Shown here in pieces: positions 39,513 to 52,499 of a DNA stretch of 64,000 bases; positions within the stretch are counted from its first letter, which is position 1; each line of letters starts with the position of its first letter. The position numbers and the translations under genes were made by a program. Below the pieces are notes generated by a model. The model was not told the origin of the DNA and searched no databases. It worked only from the letters and a program-made list of their open reading frames with translations. Origin of the DNA: Octopus vulgaris (taxonomy: Eukaryota); NCBI GenBank assembly GCA_951406725.2, contig OX597825.1:52142001-52206000 (forward strand), read 5' to 3'.

Positions 39513-41743
39513 AGGAGCATCAAACTAGAATCTATGTCCAGTGTCTAGATAATTGAAGATTCTCTGATCAGTGATTGCATACTGGAGTGTTATTAAGATC
39601 CACAGAAAAGCTTGGAGTCAACACTCCAAACAAACAAATCACTTGTAAAATGTTGCTATTGTGTAACAGCAGGGAACTTTTCTTACTATTCTATGCCATT
39701 CTTACCACTCAATACTTTGAGACATGAGAAATGTCTTAGAGATAGACAGAGATCAATGATGTAAACTGGATTTGAACTACCAGATTCTCAGCTGCTAAAC
39801 TGATGCTTTTTCAAGTTAACTATAATCTGTTGTAACACACTTTTGTCTAAAGAGAAGAGACACATGAATCTCTCCAGACTTATTGATGTAAATCTTCCCA
39901 CATTAGTCATGTAAGCTTTCTCACACTGGCTGATAATGATTGTTCTACATTTTTCAATATGGATTTTCTTAGACTCTGGTCAACACTGATTATTTCAAAT
40001 CAGTCAGTGTAGGTCTTCTCAGGTTGGTCAATGTAGCTTTTCCCATGGCTGATGCAGATCTGGTCAAGTAGCAGCAGAAAAATGCAAAGCATAACCATGT
40101 GGTTAAGAATTTTGCTTCAAAACTAATGTGGTAATTGGGTAAAACCACACTTTCATACTTTATGAGTGAAATTTGGTAAACCGACAAAACTTTCAGAGTA
40201 CTGTTCTTGTAGACTTAATCAACTCCCAGTCTTACACTACAGACACCAACCACTACTATAGCTACCATCAGCTGTTCTTCAGATGCATTTAATAGAGTCC
40301 ACCCTATTGCATGCATTAAGCTCAAGTCTCTAATCAGAGTTTAATATCTCCCTATCCCTGCAAGAGGCTCAGAAAAAGGTAATGGAAGGCACAATTTTTC
40401 TTCTGACAGCCATTAAAAAAGAAAATAAAAGTAAGGAGGGTAAGTATACCATGTATGGATGTAGTAGTGGTTGTAATGTGTTGGTGAGTGAATAATTATC
40501 TCTTATAGATAGTGTCAAAAATGTTTGACTAAGTAGCAGCTATACTGTCGCAGATACATGAGTAGTATTGTATGTAGTACTTGTGCTCGATATAATGCCT
40601 TCAATGGCTTGTCATAAATTAATTCCTGGCCTTGAAGAGGAGGTGTAGTCTTTGAGATGGTGTTTTTGCTATGAGCTCTCATTGGCAGATGTAAAACAAA
40701 AGCAAGCATTTCAGTTGGTTGAGATGACAGCAGTATCAAACTTTTGTAGGAATGATATATCAATGATTTATGTTATGCTACTGAGGCTGCACAACACACT
40801 TACCTCTTGCTGCTAGAATCCAATAAGCTGTACGTAAGTTACATTTACTAGTTCAATCCATTATTTAATCTGTAATCTGCAGGCAAGACACTTTAGTATT
40901 ACAGGTTCATTCTGTTTGGATGTAAATAGGAAGCAACTGTAGGGATAGTTCATTACTTAGTTTAAAGACCATGTAATTCTGCCTTAGTGGCTCAGTCTGT
41001 TTAGCTGCATATAGGCATCATATATGTTGTTATTATAGTGCAGCATTGAATTCATAGACAATTAAATTTTGATGGTTCAGCTTTTTTTTATCTGTAAATA
41101 AGTGGCATGTGTAGTTTTCATTTAACAACTGAATGTATACAAAAGAGAATGAAACATCAATGTTCAGTCATTTGACTGTGACCATGCTGGGGCACTGACT
41201 TGAAGGGCTTAATTGAACAAATCAACCACAGTTATTATTTTCTTAAGTGTGGTACCTATTCTATCATTCTCTTTTGTTGAGCTGCTAAGCTGAGAGGAAA
41301 CAAGCTAACTCTGGTTGACACATGGTGATAAGATACAAAGATAGACACCAAAAAATTGTCAGCCTGTGTCTCTCCTTACTAACCGTCAGCCATTTTGTAT
41401 TTCTATTGTATGTCTTCATTTGCGCATGCTTATATCTCTATATGCGTTTATGTTTATTTAGTGTGTGTATGTGGGGGATGCCTGTAATATTTGTATCTTC
41501 TGTTTATATATGTTCATGTAATTTGTAATTTTTATTTTTTTTTGTATTTTTTTGTTTTTGTTTTTGTTGTTTTTGTTTATTCTTATTTTGTTCATGTGTT
41601 TACATCCACCCATTATTATCATTACATATGCTTGTATGTATGTATGTATGTATGTATGTATGTATGTATAACAACAATACTAGTAATAATAATAATAAAT
41701 TGAATCGAAAAAAAAATATATATATACATATATATATATATAC

Positions 41744-41792
<49 letters not shown>

Positions 41793-41856
41793 TTTATTTC
41801 TATTAGTTTATTTATCTGTGTATCTATTATGTTTTCAGGATCCTCTATCGTCATAT

Positions 41857-44090
41857 AGCTATATAGCTAGGACCAAACTTAGACAGATTTTAGGATTATA
41901 CACTAAGAGACAGAGACAGAATAAGACAGAGGCCCAACAACTCGGGATTAAACCTGCATGTGGCCTACATAAGCTCATTCAGCGCACGAGGAATGGAGAG
42001 GTGGTATGCCTTCCCACAGATATGTCCGGCAGGATGTCAATAGACAGCTTACCGAACTACAACCAGGCAATGCAACCTCATATCGCCAATACAAAGATAA
42101 CAACTGTACAGGCACATGAGGAGAGAGAAAAGGTCCTCAACGCCCACATGATGATGTGGACAATTGTTCTGGGACCCCAGAAACGTACAGCGAATAATTT
42201 CCAAGCCTGGAACAATGATTTCCCGGCACTGTATGGACTTCGCAAGGACCATAAAATAATTACTGACCCTATAGCAGGACCACCAACAAGACCAGTCGGT
42301 GGAGCGAATATCGCTAGCAATTACAGAATCTCCTACTTCCTCTCAATGATCATAGGCCCTATAATCCGGATGTCACCTGATGTTTGTGACAGCACAGAAG
42401 GATCGATGACAGCAGGATCGATGACTGTAACAGCACTTGTGACCCGACAGGATGTATGGTGGGTAGCATGGATGTGGTATCCCTATACCCATCAATCGAC
42501 GTAGATTTTGCGGTGGAGAAGTGTGTGGAGATGATCAATGAGAGCCAGGTGGAGTTCTGTAATGTCAACACAGAAGAACTGGGCCTCCTACTTAGACTGA
42601 CATGTAATACTGAATACTTAGATAAAAATAATCTTAGTAGTTTCTGCCCCAGTAGATGTTTAAGAGGTAGACCACCCACAATTACTTCTATGGCTAGGAA
42701 GATACATATAGAAATATGGCGCGGATGGACCAGAGCGATACGGAGCCCCGCAAATGTCCATCAGATAAAGAAAATGATTGCACATGCACTAGGAGCTAGT
42801 ATAAGAATTACCCTAAAAGGTCACACGTTTAAGTTTAAAATATATGCCCAGGACGAGGGGGCAGCCATCGGCGTTAGTATCGCTGGTGATGTGGCCAACC
42901 TTTTCATGGTATGGTGGGACAGAAGGCTTAAAGAACGCCTAACACAGAATTCCATACTCGTAAACATGTACTCTCGCTATGTTGATGATATCAAGATAGT
43001 GGTAAAGGCACCCCCACAAGAGAGTAATGTTGATATAGTAATAGAAACTAATACTATGGAGAGCATCCAGCAAATAGCTAACTCCATCCACCAGAGTATT
43101 AAGGTCACAATAGACTACCCCACTAAACACCCCAACCATAGACTACCAGTACTAGACACCGAACTCTGGCTAGAAATTGTGAATAATAAAACCCAAATCC
43201 TTCATTCATACTATGCCAAACCTATGGCCTCAAAATACTTGATCCACCGGAACTCAGCCATTGCGGACAATGCCAAATTTAATATTTTGATGGCAGACCT
43301 CGTCAGAATAATGAGAAATATGTCATGTATGTGCGAGCCCACAGAGTTAAAGAGACACATACAATATTTCATTCACCGCATGCAGTTCTCAGGTTACAGC
43401 CATAAAGAAAGGATCAGAGTATACAAAGGAGCCATTAAGAAATTTGATAATATATTATGTAATGATAGGAATGGTATTTGCCCACTCTATAGGAACGAGT
43501 CATGGAACACTATAGAAAGGACAAAAAAGAAAATAGGGAAGGCCAACTCTTGGTATGATAGCCATAAATACCAGAGTGTCATGTTCATTGACACCACCCC
43601 TGGAGGTGAACTGGCGTATCGCTTTAGAAGGACCCTAGACAAACTTAAGCTAAGAATTAAGGTTGTTGAAAAGCCAGGCAACCCTATCAAATCTATAATT
43701 GGTAGAACCTATCCTTTTAGTAGAACCCCCTCTATGGACAAGTACTGTACTGTATGTAGATTTAGCCCACAAAGAAACTGTAAAGCCAGAAATGTAGACT
43801 ATAGTATAAGATGTATAGAGGGACGATGCAGTAACAAGACAACGACATACATAGGGGAAACGGCAAGAAGCATAGGAGATCGGGTAAATGAATTATTAGA
43901 GACAACTCAAGGAAGGTAAAAGCTCATCGATTCTGTACCAACACGCCGAACAGGAACACGGGGGATCAATCAACAACATAGAAATTAAAATATTGTCCAC
44001 ACATAGAACAGATGCAACAATCAGACAAATTACAGAAGCTACACACATAATAGAAAATAAACCTAGCCTGAATAGAAAACTAGAATGGAG
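41857..44090 (+). pseudogene. PLE polyprotein (reverse transcriptase plus GIY-YIG endonuclease), frameshifted near 42400 and 43900
   Basis: TDMSG, LYGLRKDHK, PPTRPV, SMDVVSLYPSID, GAAIG, SRYVDDI, LPVLD, CTVC...C-ARNVDYSIRC and YIGETARSIGDRVNE in ORFs 41818-42504 and 42456-43919. Confidence 0.9.
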
Positions 44091-44205
44091 CACTAACACA
44101 CACCACAACATATGACGATAGAGGATCCTGAAAACATAATAAATACACAGATAAATAAACTAATAGAAATAAATAACTATATATATATATATGTATATGT
44201 ATATG

Positions 44206-44236
<31 letters not shown>

Positions 44237-44615
44237 TTTTTTTTTTTTTTCGATTCAATTTATTATTATTATTACTAGTATTGTTGTTATACATACATAC
44301 ATACATACAAGCATATGTAATGATAATAATGGGTGGATGTAAACAGATGAACAAAATAAGAATAAACAAAAACAACAAAAACAAAAAAAAACAAAAAGAT
44401 ACAAAATACAAATTACATGAACATATAAAATTACAAATTACATGAACATATATAAACAGAAGATACAAATATTACAGGCATCCCCCACATACACACACTA
44501 AATAAACATAGATGCACATAGAGATATAAGCATGCGCAAATGAAGACATACAATATAAATACAAAATGGCTGACGGTTAGTAAGGAGAGACACAAATAAG
44601 TAAGAAGAAAACAAA

Positions 44616-44660
44616 GGACCACTGATGCGGTCACAGGAGTTTGGCGAAAGAACTCTGGCC
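44616..44660 (+). ncRNA. Minimal hammerhead motif with core mutation (CTGATGC)
   Basis: ggacca-CTGATGC-g-gtca...tggc-GAAA-gaac-TC-tggcc; homologous to 17187-17231. Confidence 0.6.
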
Positions 44661-46233
44661 GAAATAAGATTAAGATTAATGTAAAAAATAAATAACACTG
44701 AAGCAAAGTAACACCAAATATATAGTGCGTGTGTTCTTATTGGCTAAACTGGCAAAATGACCATTCCTAAATACAACAATATCTGTTTCAACACATGACT
44801 TCACATAAAAAATCTTGCACAACAAATATTTAAACGTAACATATATATACATATATTTATACACACACACACACACGTACATATGATGGAAGTATATAAA
44901 CACAGGTGTGAAATATATTCAAGACAGGAAGGAGAAGACAAAAGGCTGCAGCAATTAATGACAAACAGTGCTGGAGAAGACCCACCCACCCAAGCATGCA
45001 TGCTGAGGTGAGACATGAGGTGAAATGGTTGTAGTGATGGTGGTTAGGATGTATAGCTCAACCAGTGAGTCTATCGGCTTACCCACTTAAAATCTGTGAT
45101 GCTGTCCCTATCACAGATATCCTCTCTGATCCACTGCATCATGCAATGTGTGTAACAAGGGATAGCATTGAATGTATCCACATACAATTTGCCTACCTGG
45201 TACCTCCATTTATACAATGCCCTTCTCTTTCTTCTGCAACCTTCCATTATGATGCCTGAGAGGAAAGGATTGCATAAAATCTGTTGATATCATACACCCA
45301 AATATCACCATTATCACCTTTCCAGACTTCTACCTAACACTCCTTTTCTCCTCACCTCATTCGTTATTAACATCCATCATCCATTGAAAGTATCTATGAA
45401 TATCCATCATTTGCTCTCAGCAGATATAGTTGCCATTACCCCCTCTCCCCCATTACTCTCTGTTATTACTGTTTCTCTTTCCTCCACTACTCCGCTCTTT
45501 TCTTTCCTCCACTACCCTATCACCCATTTGAACCAATCTCTTTGTTTTCCCCATAGTACTCTCTCTTCCTTCATGTTCTCACCCTAGTTCATCTGTCACC
45601 ACCCTCCCTTTTTATTCATGCAATTAGTCACATTACTATGAACAAAAGAAGGCAATGTAAAGTATTGAGAATTTGTTAGTGAGATGAGATACAAAGAAAT
45701 TTGAGCAGTGCAAGAGCCATGAGGAAACAAGTGACTGGCAAATGAGCTGCGACTGCAAAGGACCAAAGGAATTCTTCAGGTATGTCTAGAACTTGACTAT
45801 ATCACTAAGCATGGAGTCACAATGATATACACCTAGAACACATTGTAAAGGGATTATAGAGGTTATATTAGAAAGGCAACCTTGTCACAGAAACAAGCCA
45901 TGAAGGAAAGGAGAGGTAAGAAGTGGTTCTCTAAACAGTCAGCAAGGGCAATAACCTTGAATAAGAACTCATTTAGCCTATGATACTCGTCCAACCCATG
46001 TCAGTATGGAAAGTGGATGGTGGTGGTGGTGGTGGTGATGACGGCAATGATTATGATGATAATGATGATGACATTCCTCATGGTCATCATCATCATCATT
46101 GTGGCTGCAGTGATGACATATTCACTGACGTGCATTTAGACAAGGAGGCATTAAAAAAAATTGCTGCTGCATTTGTTTTTTTTTAAAAATATGCATCCAA
46201 CCATACACAGACAGATCGATAGATCGATACATA

Positions 46234-46264
<31 letters not shown>

Positions 46265-46530
46265 AGACATACATGAACTTAGGCAATACAATTTTTTGTT
46301 CATTTAATAACAGGAAGTGCACAATAACTCCAAAGATAGGTCTATTAAACCTCCATCTACTGCTCTCCCCATCTCTTCATTATGTTTTCATCAATCACAT
46401 ACTCTCTGTCTTATCCATACCTCATTACTATGTCTTCCAACTATCTATCAATATCTTATACATTGCCATATCTGTGTAATGAGTATTAGATCCACATTAG
46501 GTCCTTCATATTTTATTTGTTTTGCTAGCA

Positions 46531-46635
<105 letters not shown>

Positions 46636-46816
46636 TACTCACTCTACCATTCATTGCTGACATACATCACTCTCTCTTACTTTCATTACTTCATCTTCCC
46701 TCATCATGTCTCTCCTACCCTCCCTAATGTACCACTCATGATTACTATTCAATCTCATTATCAACAACCAAAATTTAGCTGTTTATCAATCTTTGTAGTC
46801 CAGTCTTCTTTTTGTT

Positions 46817-47099
46817 CCTTCTTAAGCCATGCCTGGCTCATAAGGGCTAGTTTTCCGGTTTCCTTGGCATATAGGTTCCCCACCTGGTATGTCGAAGGTG
46901 AGCTGCAAGATGCAGGAGGAAAGAGTGAGAGAAAGTTGTGGCGAAAGAGTCAGCAGAAGTTCGCCATTACTTTCTGCCGGAGTCACGTGGAGCTTAGGTG
47001 TTTCGCTCATAAACACACACATCGCCCAGTCTGAGATTCGAACCCACGATCCCTCGACTGCGAGACCGCTGCTCTAACCCCTAAGCCATGTGCCTCCAC
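46817..47099 (-). mobile_element. tRNA-derived SINE, family D
   Basis: Head TGGCTTAGGGGTTAGAGC...GGTTCGAATCTC with A- and B-box. Confidence 0.75.
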
Positions 47100-47681
47100 A
47101 GTCTTCTTTTTACTATCACCCACTCACATCCTTTACTTTGCTTCTAACCGTAAACTCTCACTCACTTACACCAAGTTGTTACTCAGATTATTCCTTCATT
47201 TATGTTTTTTTCAACAGTCCTTTAGTTATCCATGAAGACAGTAACTTGGAATAAAATTTGCCAAGCACTATGATAAATCCATTCAGTCTATGCCAAGAAG
47301 GAGAAACAGGCATAAAATGCTGATTTTGATACATTATATACATCTTTCTATGCATCTATACCATTCTATATACATTTCATAAAACCTTCAGTATATCCTA
47401 ACTCACTGTCTGTATCATATTTCCACAAACATCTGCTCTCAGTTTCGTAAGATAATACCATTTTTATTACATTTTTCTCATCATTGCTTTGAAATATTTG
47501 TTTTTTAAATCACACACACACACACGCACGCACGTGCGCACAAACACACATGCACACTCACCCACATACGTGTATGTAGATGTGTGTGTAATCTGATGTA
47601 TGTGTGTGCATGTGTATGTGTGTGTATTCTGATGTATGCATGTATGCAACACATATTCACAAACACACGTATATACCCACC

Positions 47682-47733
<52 letters not shown>

Positions 47734-49572
47734 TTTGCACATGTGTGTGTGTGTATATACATACATACATGCATACATACTTACATACATACGTATGTAC
47801 ATACATACACACACATGTGATGACGATGAAATCAGAATATCATTCCCCAGAGAGAACACAAGATAACTAAACAGACATAAAGAATAATAATTGATTAATA
47901 TATATATTTTTTTCTTCCATCCCTCACAGGGATAAAATCTTTAAGAGGAAACAATAAAATTGAAAGCCAGTATATCCACTTCTTAAATATATTTAACTGT
48001 ATAAAATATGGGAAATAGTAAAAAAAAAGTATTCAAAAAATCCTAGTGTAGAAATCTCAAGCTGAGAAATAATTTTTTATCTGAATTTTGTGTGTCCAGG
48101 CCTTATTTCCTTATATACAGTTCTATGTATGTTTGTGTATATGCATTTAAGTATGTGTGTATATAGAGTTTATCTCCCCAACACCCTCGTTTTAATAATT
48201 TGAATTTTTCTTTTAAAGAAGGATTTGATTTTTAATAAAGAAACAAAATTCTATCACTGGAAATATTTAGAAAAGTCTTGCATATTTTTACTGTTTTGTT
48301 AATAACCATTAGAGATTTATAAAAGAAATGACAGGAGATTTAGTACCAAAATATACAGAGACTTCAGACAAATTGTCACCTTGGAATTAATCTTTTTGAA
48401 AAATATTTAACATTGGAGACAATTGTTGTGTGTTTAGTTATGTGTGAGAATTGTTGAGTAGATTTTTGTGAGTCTTTTTGTGGCAGAATCTAAGGTAGCA
48501 GGTAATTCAACTGAATGCAATGATTCCAGAGACCATTATTGAGAATATCATCAGAAGGTTTCTGCAGGTTTTTAATTATTTCTTTATTTTTTTATTATTT
48601 TTTAAAATTTTTATTTCAAGCAGTATATCTATATTCATTAGAATTTGTTTGGCACATCACATGCTCCCTTATTTCTGCCTCCCTGCCTGTCATCAGTTAT
48701 TATCATGTTGGTCTTGCCACAATCTTAGAGAAAAATGATCTAAACAATGTGTAAAGTTTTATACATAATGTTTAAGCAAGCAGTAGGCCTATAGTTTACT
48801 GCCAAGTCAGTGTTTTCATTCCTGGCTGGAAGATTTGTGCACAATGGCAAGCCAATTTAGTAAATGCCAATTTGGCACTCCATAATTTTTGAAAATATAT
48901 ATTTGAGTGACTTTCTATAGAATGTATGTGTGCACATATATAATTATGTGTGATTTGCACACACACACACACACACATATATAAATGGCATATTTGTATG
49001 TATATACATATCTTTCTTTTAATTAATTTTATTTTTCCTGCGAGGCTGAAGTTGGTTTCTAACAAAGGCACAAATCTTCATCGCAGGAATTTAGATAACA
49101 ACAATTGTTACGTGTTGAACTTCAAAAATATTGAGTATTTGTACTGTTCCACTTCTAGACATTATTGTTAAAGTACCTATTAATTGATCTCTGCCTTTGC
49201 CTGAAAGTCATAGTCTTTCCAGACTGTCAGTTTAATATTTACTAACAAAGCCAAATGCACCAAGAATGCCAATGTCATTGGCACAGTTTCAGCTTTTTTT
49301 CATGCTCAACACCTTTCCTATATTGCTTTTCAGATCTTGGTGCTTGTCAATCTTTTCTTGTTCATGTTCTATGCAGTGTCTGTCATTTGGGAATAGAATA
49401 CCAGTTCTTGTACAGAGAATGTACATGTGGCTGAGTTGCTTGCCTTGCAGCCATGTGATTTCAGGTTCAGTCTTACACTATGGCACCTTTGGTAAGTGCC
49501 CTCTATCACTGTGGGTCAACCAAAGCCTCATGGTTAGATCAGGTAGGCATAAACGGAAAGAGGACCCCTGGA

Positions 49573-49698
49573 TATACAAAAGGTGCTGAGAAGTTCCTGG
49601 CTTTGGACAAAAGAAAATACAGGAGGACCAGTTAATTATGATTTTATTCAACATATTCCCCTCTCAGATTCACACACTTAATGCAGTGGTCCTTCAGC
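49573..49698 (+). mobile_element. Mariner-type terminal fragment
   Basis: TA-CAAAAGGTGCTGAGAAGTTCCTGGCTTT resembles a mariner TIR. No partner TIR seen. Confidence 0.4.
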
Positions 49699-49709
49699 TG
49701 CTGCTGCTG

Positions 49710-49774
<65 letters not shown>

Positions 49775-50468
49775 GTAATGATCTGGCAGAATCATTAGCA
49801 CAACACTGAGTATGCTTAGCAGCATTGCTCCTGGCTCGTTACATTCCGAGTTCAAATTCTGCTGTTGTCAACTTCACCTATCAATCATTTTAGTGTTGAT
49901 AGAATAAAGTAATAGTCAAAAACTAAGGTCCATGTAATCAACTTGCTCTTACTCCAGATATTACTGGCCTTGTGGCAAAAAATTAGGAAGAATTATCATC
50001 ATAAGTTATGTGTTAAGCTGGTAGAATCATTAGATTATTGGCAAAATGTTTTATGATGTTTGTTCCAAATCATTGCATTCTGAGTTTAATTTCTATGAAG
50101 CTGAGTTTACATTTCATCCTTTGCGGGGTCAATAAGTTACATGCCAGTTCAACATTGGGGTTGATATAATTAACTTATTCCCCACCCCAAAATTGCTGGC
50201 CTTGAGCCCATTTTAGAAAGAATCATTGCTATTGTTGTTGTTGTTATTGTTGTTAAGACAATAAGCTGACAGAGTCATTAGCATGCCAGGCAAAATGCTT
50301 AGCGGCATTTCATCTGTTGTTATATTCTGAGTTCAAATTTCGCTGAGGTTGACTTTGCCTTTCATCCTTTCAGGGTTGATATATTAAGTACCAGTGAAAC
50401 ACTGAGGTTGATGTAATTGACTAGTCCCCACCATCCAAATTTCAGGCCTTGCATCTTTAGCATAAAGG

Positions 50469-50470
<2 letters not shown>
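49775..50470 (+). mobile_element. Three head-to-tail family B SINEs separated by trinucleotide repeats
   Basis: Copies at about 49775-49995, 50012-50225 and 50254-50470, each starting GCTGGCAGAATCATTAGCA-like, with a GAGTTCAAATT-like B-box. Confidence 0.75.
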
Positions 50471-50500
<30 letters not shown>

Positions 50501-50501
<1 letters not shown>

Positions 50502-51055
50502 GAGTGAGAGAGCAGTGCATGCCATCAAAGTGACACTGGGGTAAAATATACGAAGCCCAGTATACCCATCATGACTACCCGTTGGATAAAGATACACTAG
50601 GCACATGCATCACAACCATATGTGCGCAACATGGTGATCTCATATCAAGATAAACAGTGCATGACCTTGTAGGTGGGGGCCCAGTTAGAATTTTCTTCAT
50701 GTCGAGTAGCCCATCTACTCAAATGGTCCTTGAATAAGGGTTGTTTAAGGATGTTGATCGAAACACCCATGTTTCCAAAGGTGAATTATTCAAACTCCAT
50801 AGAATCCCTCTCAACACATAGCTATGATGCACCCCCACTACTTCTGCTCGTGATCAGAGATGCACATATCGTCAACCACTAAGGGACATACTCAACTGGT
50901 TAAGGTCAAACAACTGACAAGCAAATCTGTGATATTGAGCAGAATATTTGCTGTAGCCCATCTTTTATACCAAGACAAAACAATGTACATGATAACACTT
51001 CCAATCAGTTAAGATCAGAAGCCATGAGAGCCACTGCCTGGTACTGTATCAGGGC

Positions 51056-51092
<37 letters not shown>

Positions 51093-51501
51093 GAGTGAGA
51101 GAGCAGTTCATGCCATCAAAGTGACACAGGGGTAAAATATACGAAGCCCAGTATACCCATCGTGACTACCCGTCTGATAAGGGTACACCAGGCACATGCA
51201 TCACAACCATATGTGCGCGACATGGTGATCTCATATCAAGATAAACAGCACATGACCTTGCAGGTGGGGCCCAGTTAGAATTTTCTTCAGGTTGAGTAGC
51301 CCATCCCGCTTAAAAGGTCCCTGAATAAGGGTTGTTTAAGGATGTTGAAAGAACCACCCATGTTTCCAGAGGTGAATTATTCAAACCCCAAAGAATCCCT
51401 CTCAACACATGGCTATGATGCTCCCCCACTACTTCTGCTCGTGATCAGAGATGCACATATAGTCAGCCACTAAGGGACGTGCTCAACTGGTTAAAGTCAA
51501 A
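50501..51501. mobile_element. Two tandem copies of an unclassified ~560-bp repeat bounded by (TAT)n
   Basis: 50501-51058 and 51092-51501 are highly similar. The second lacks the right ~150 bp. All junctions lie in TAA repeats. Confidence 0.8.
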
Positions 51502-51558
<57 letters not shown>

Positions 51559-51570
51559 CATCATTATTAT

Positions 51571-52150
51571 TGCCTTTGCACAGCTTTTAACGCTGGATAT
51601 GTTCTACTGTGCCAGCTGTTCACTATCAGTGAAGTAAAGTAACACCCCTTATTTTTCGAGCACCTTCCAGAGTATTCGAGCTGTTCCAAGCAGTGCTGAT
51701 TTTTGCAAGTGCTCCACCCTTATTGCAGCCCCTATTTGTTCCATATACTTCTCAAGACTTTTACTCTCTGTTCCCAGTGCTCCAAAATTATTGGTATGTC
51801 TACCACCTTTTTCGTCGACCACAACTACTTAACCTCCTGAGTTAACCTGTCATATCTATTGACTTTTCTTTCTTCCTTCTCACATACCTTGTCAGCTGGG
51901 CATGCTATATCTATGATCCAGCATAGGTTTGCTTTCTTTCTCAATTAAGACTATGCCTGGCTTCCTATTCTCTATCTCATGGCCGCACTGAATCATAAAA
52001 TCCCACAGGATCTTTGCATTATCATTTTCAATGATGCCTTCAGGTTTGTGGTCATACCAATTCTTTGCTCTGTCAAGTCCATACTTGTTGCAAAGTGTCC
52101 AATGGACAAGCTTTGCTATATTGTCGTCACGTCTCTTATATTCCGTAGGG
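51571..52150 (-). mobile_element. R4/Dong-type LINE 3' end (RLE domain), decayed
   Basis: EYKRRDDNIAKLVHW...HKPE...KILWDF...KPGIV and LQKSALLGTARIL. The 3' end abuts (TAA)n. Confidence 0.85.
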
Positions 52151-52499
52151 ATGTTCAAACATCATATTATAAGAATTGATTATTTGATTTATCAAGTAAA
52201 ACTACATTTATCTTCATGGAGGAAATATCATTGTGTGTATCTTGGTTTTGGAATAGGTATACCATATTTGTTCATGTTGTAAGATGAATAAGTGGGTATG
52301 TAACAATGAGGACATGTGGTCAAAAAAGACTGCCTCAGCAAATCAGTCTAATTTAATCTAAGCATAGAGGAGCAGACATAAAACTATGGTGTTGATTACT
52401 ATTGAGATGATGGTGATCTTTAAAAACACTTGGAATTCTACTCAAGAAAGATCTGTTTTATTCATTTATTTTCAATACTTTCTATAGATACATGTACAA

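Larger units (their letters stand above)
41365..44810 (+). mobile_element. Penelope-like retroelement, near-complete RT+GIY-YIG, with inverted partial terminal repeat at the 5' junction
   Basis: 41365-41856 is the reverse complement of about 44110-44593. The body encodes RT and endonuclease. Confidence 0.92.
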
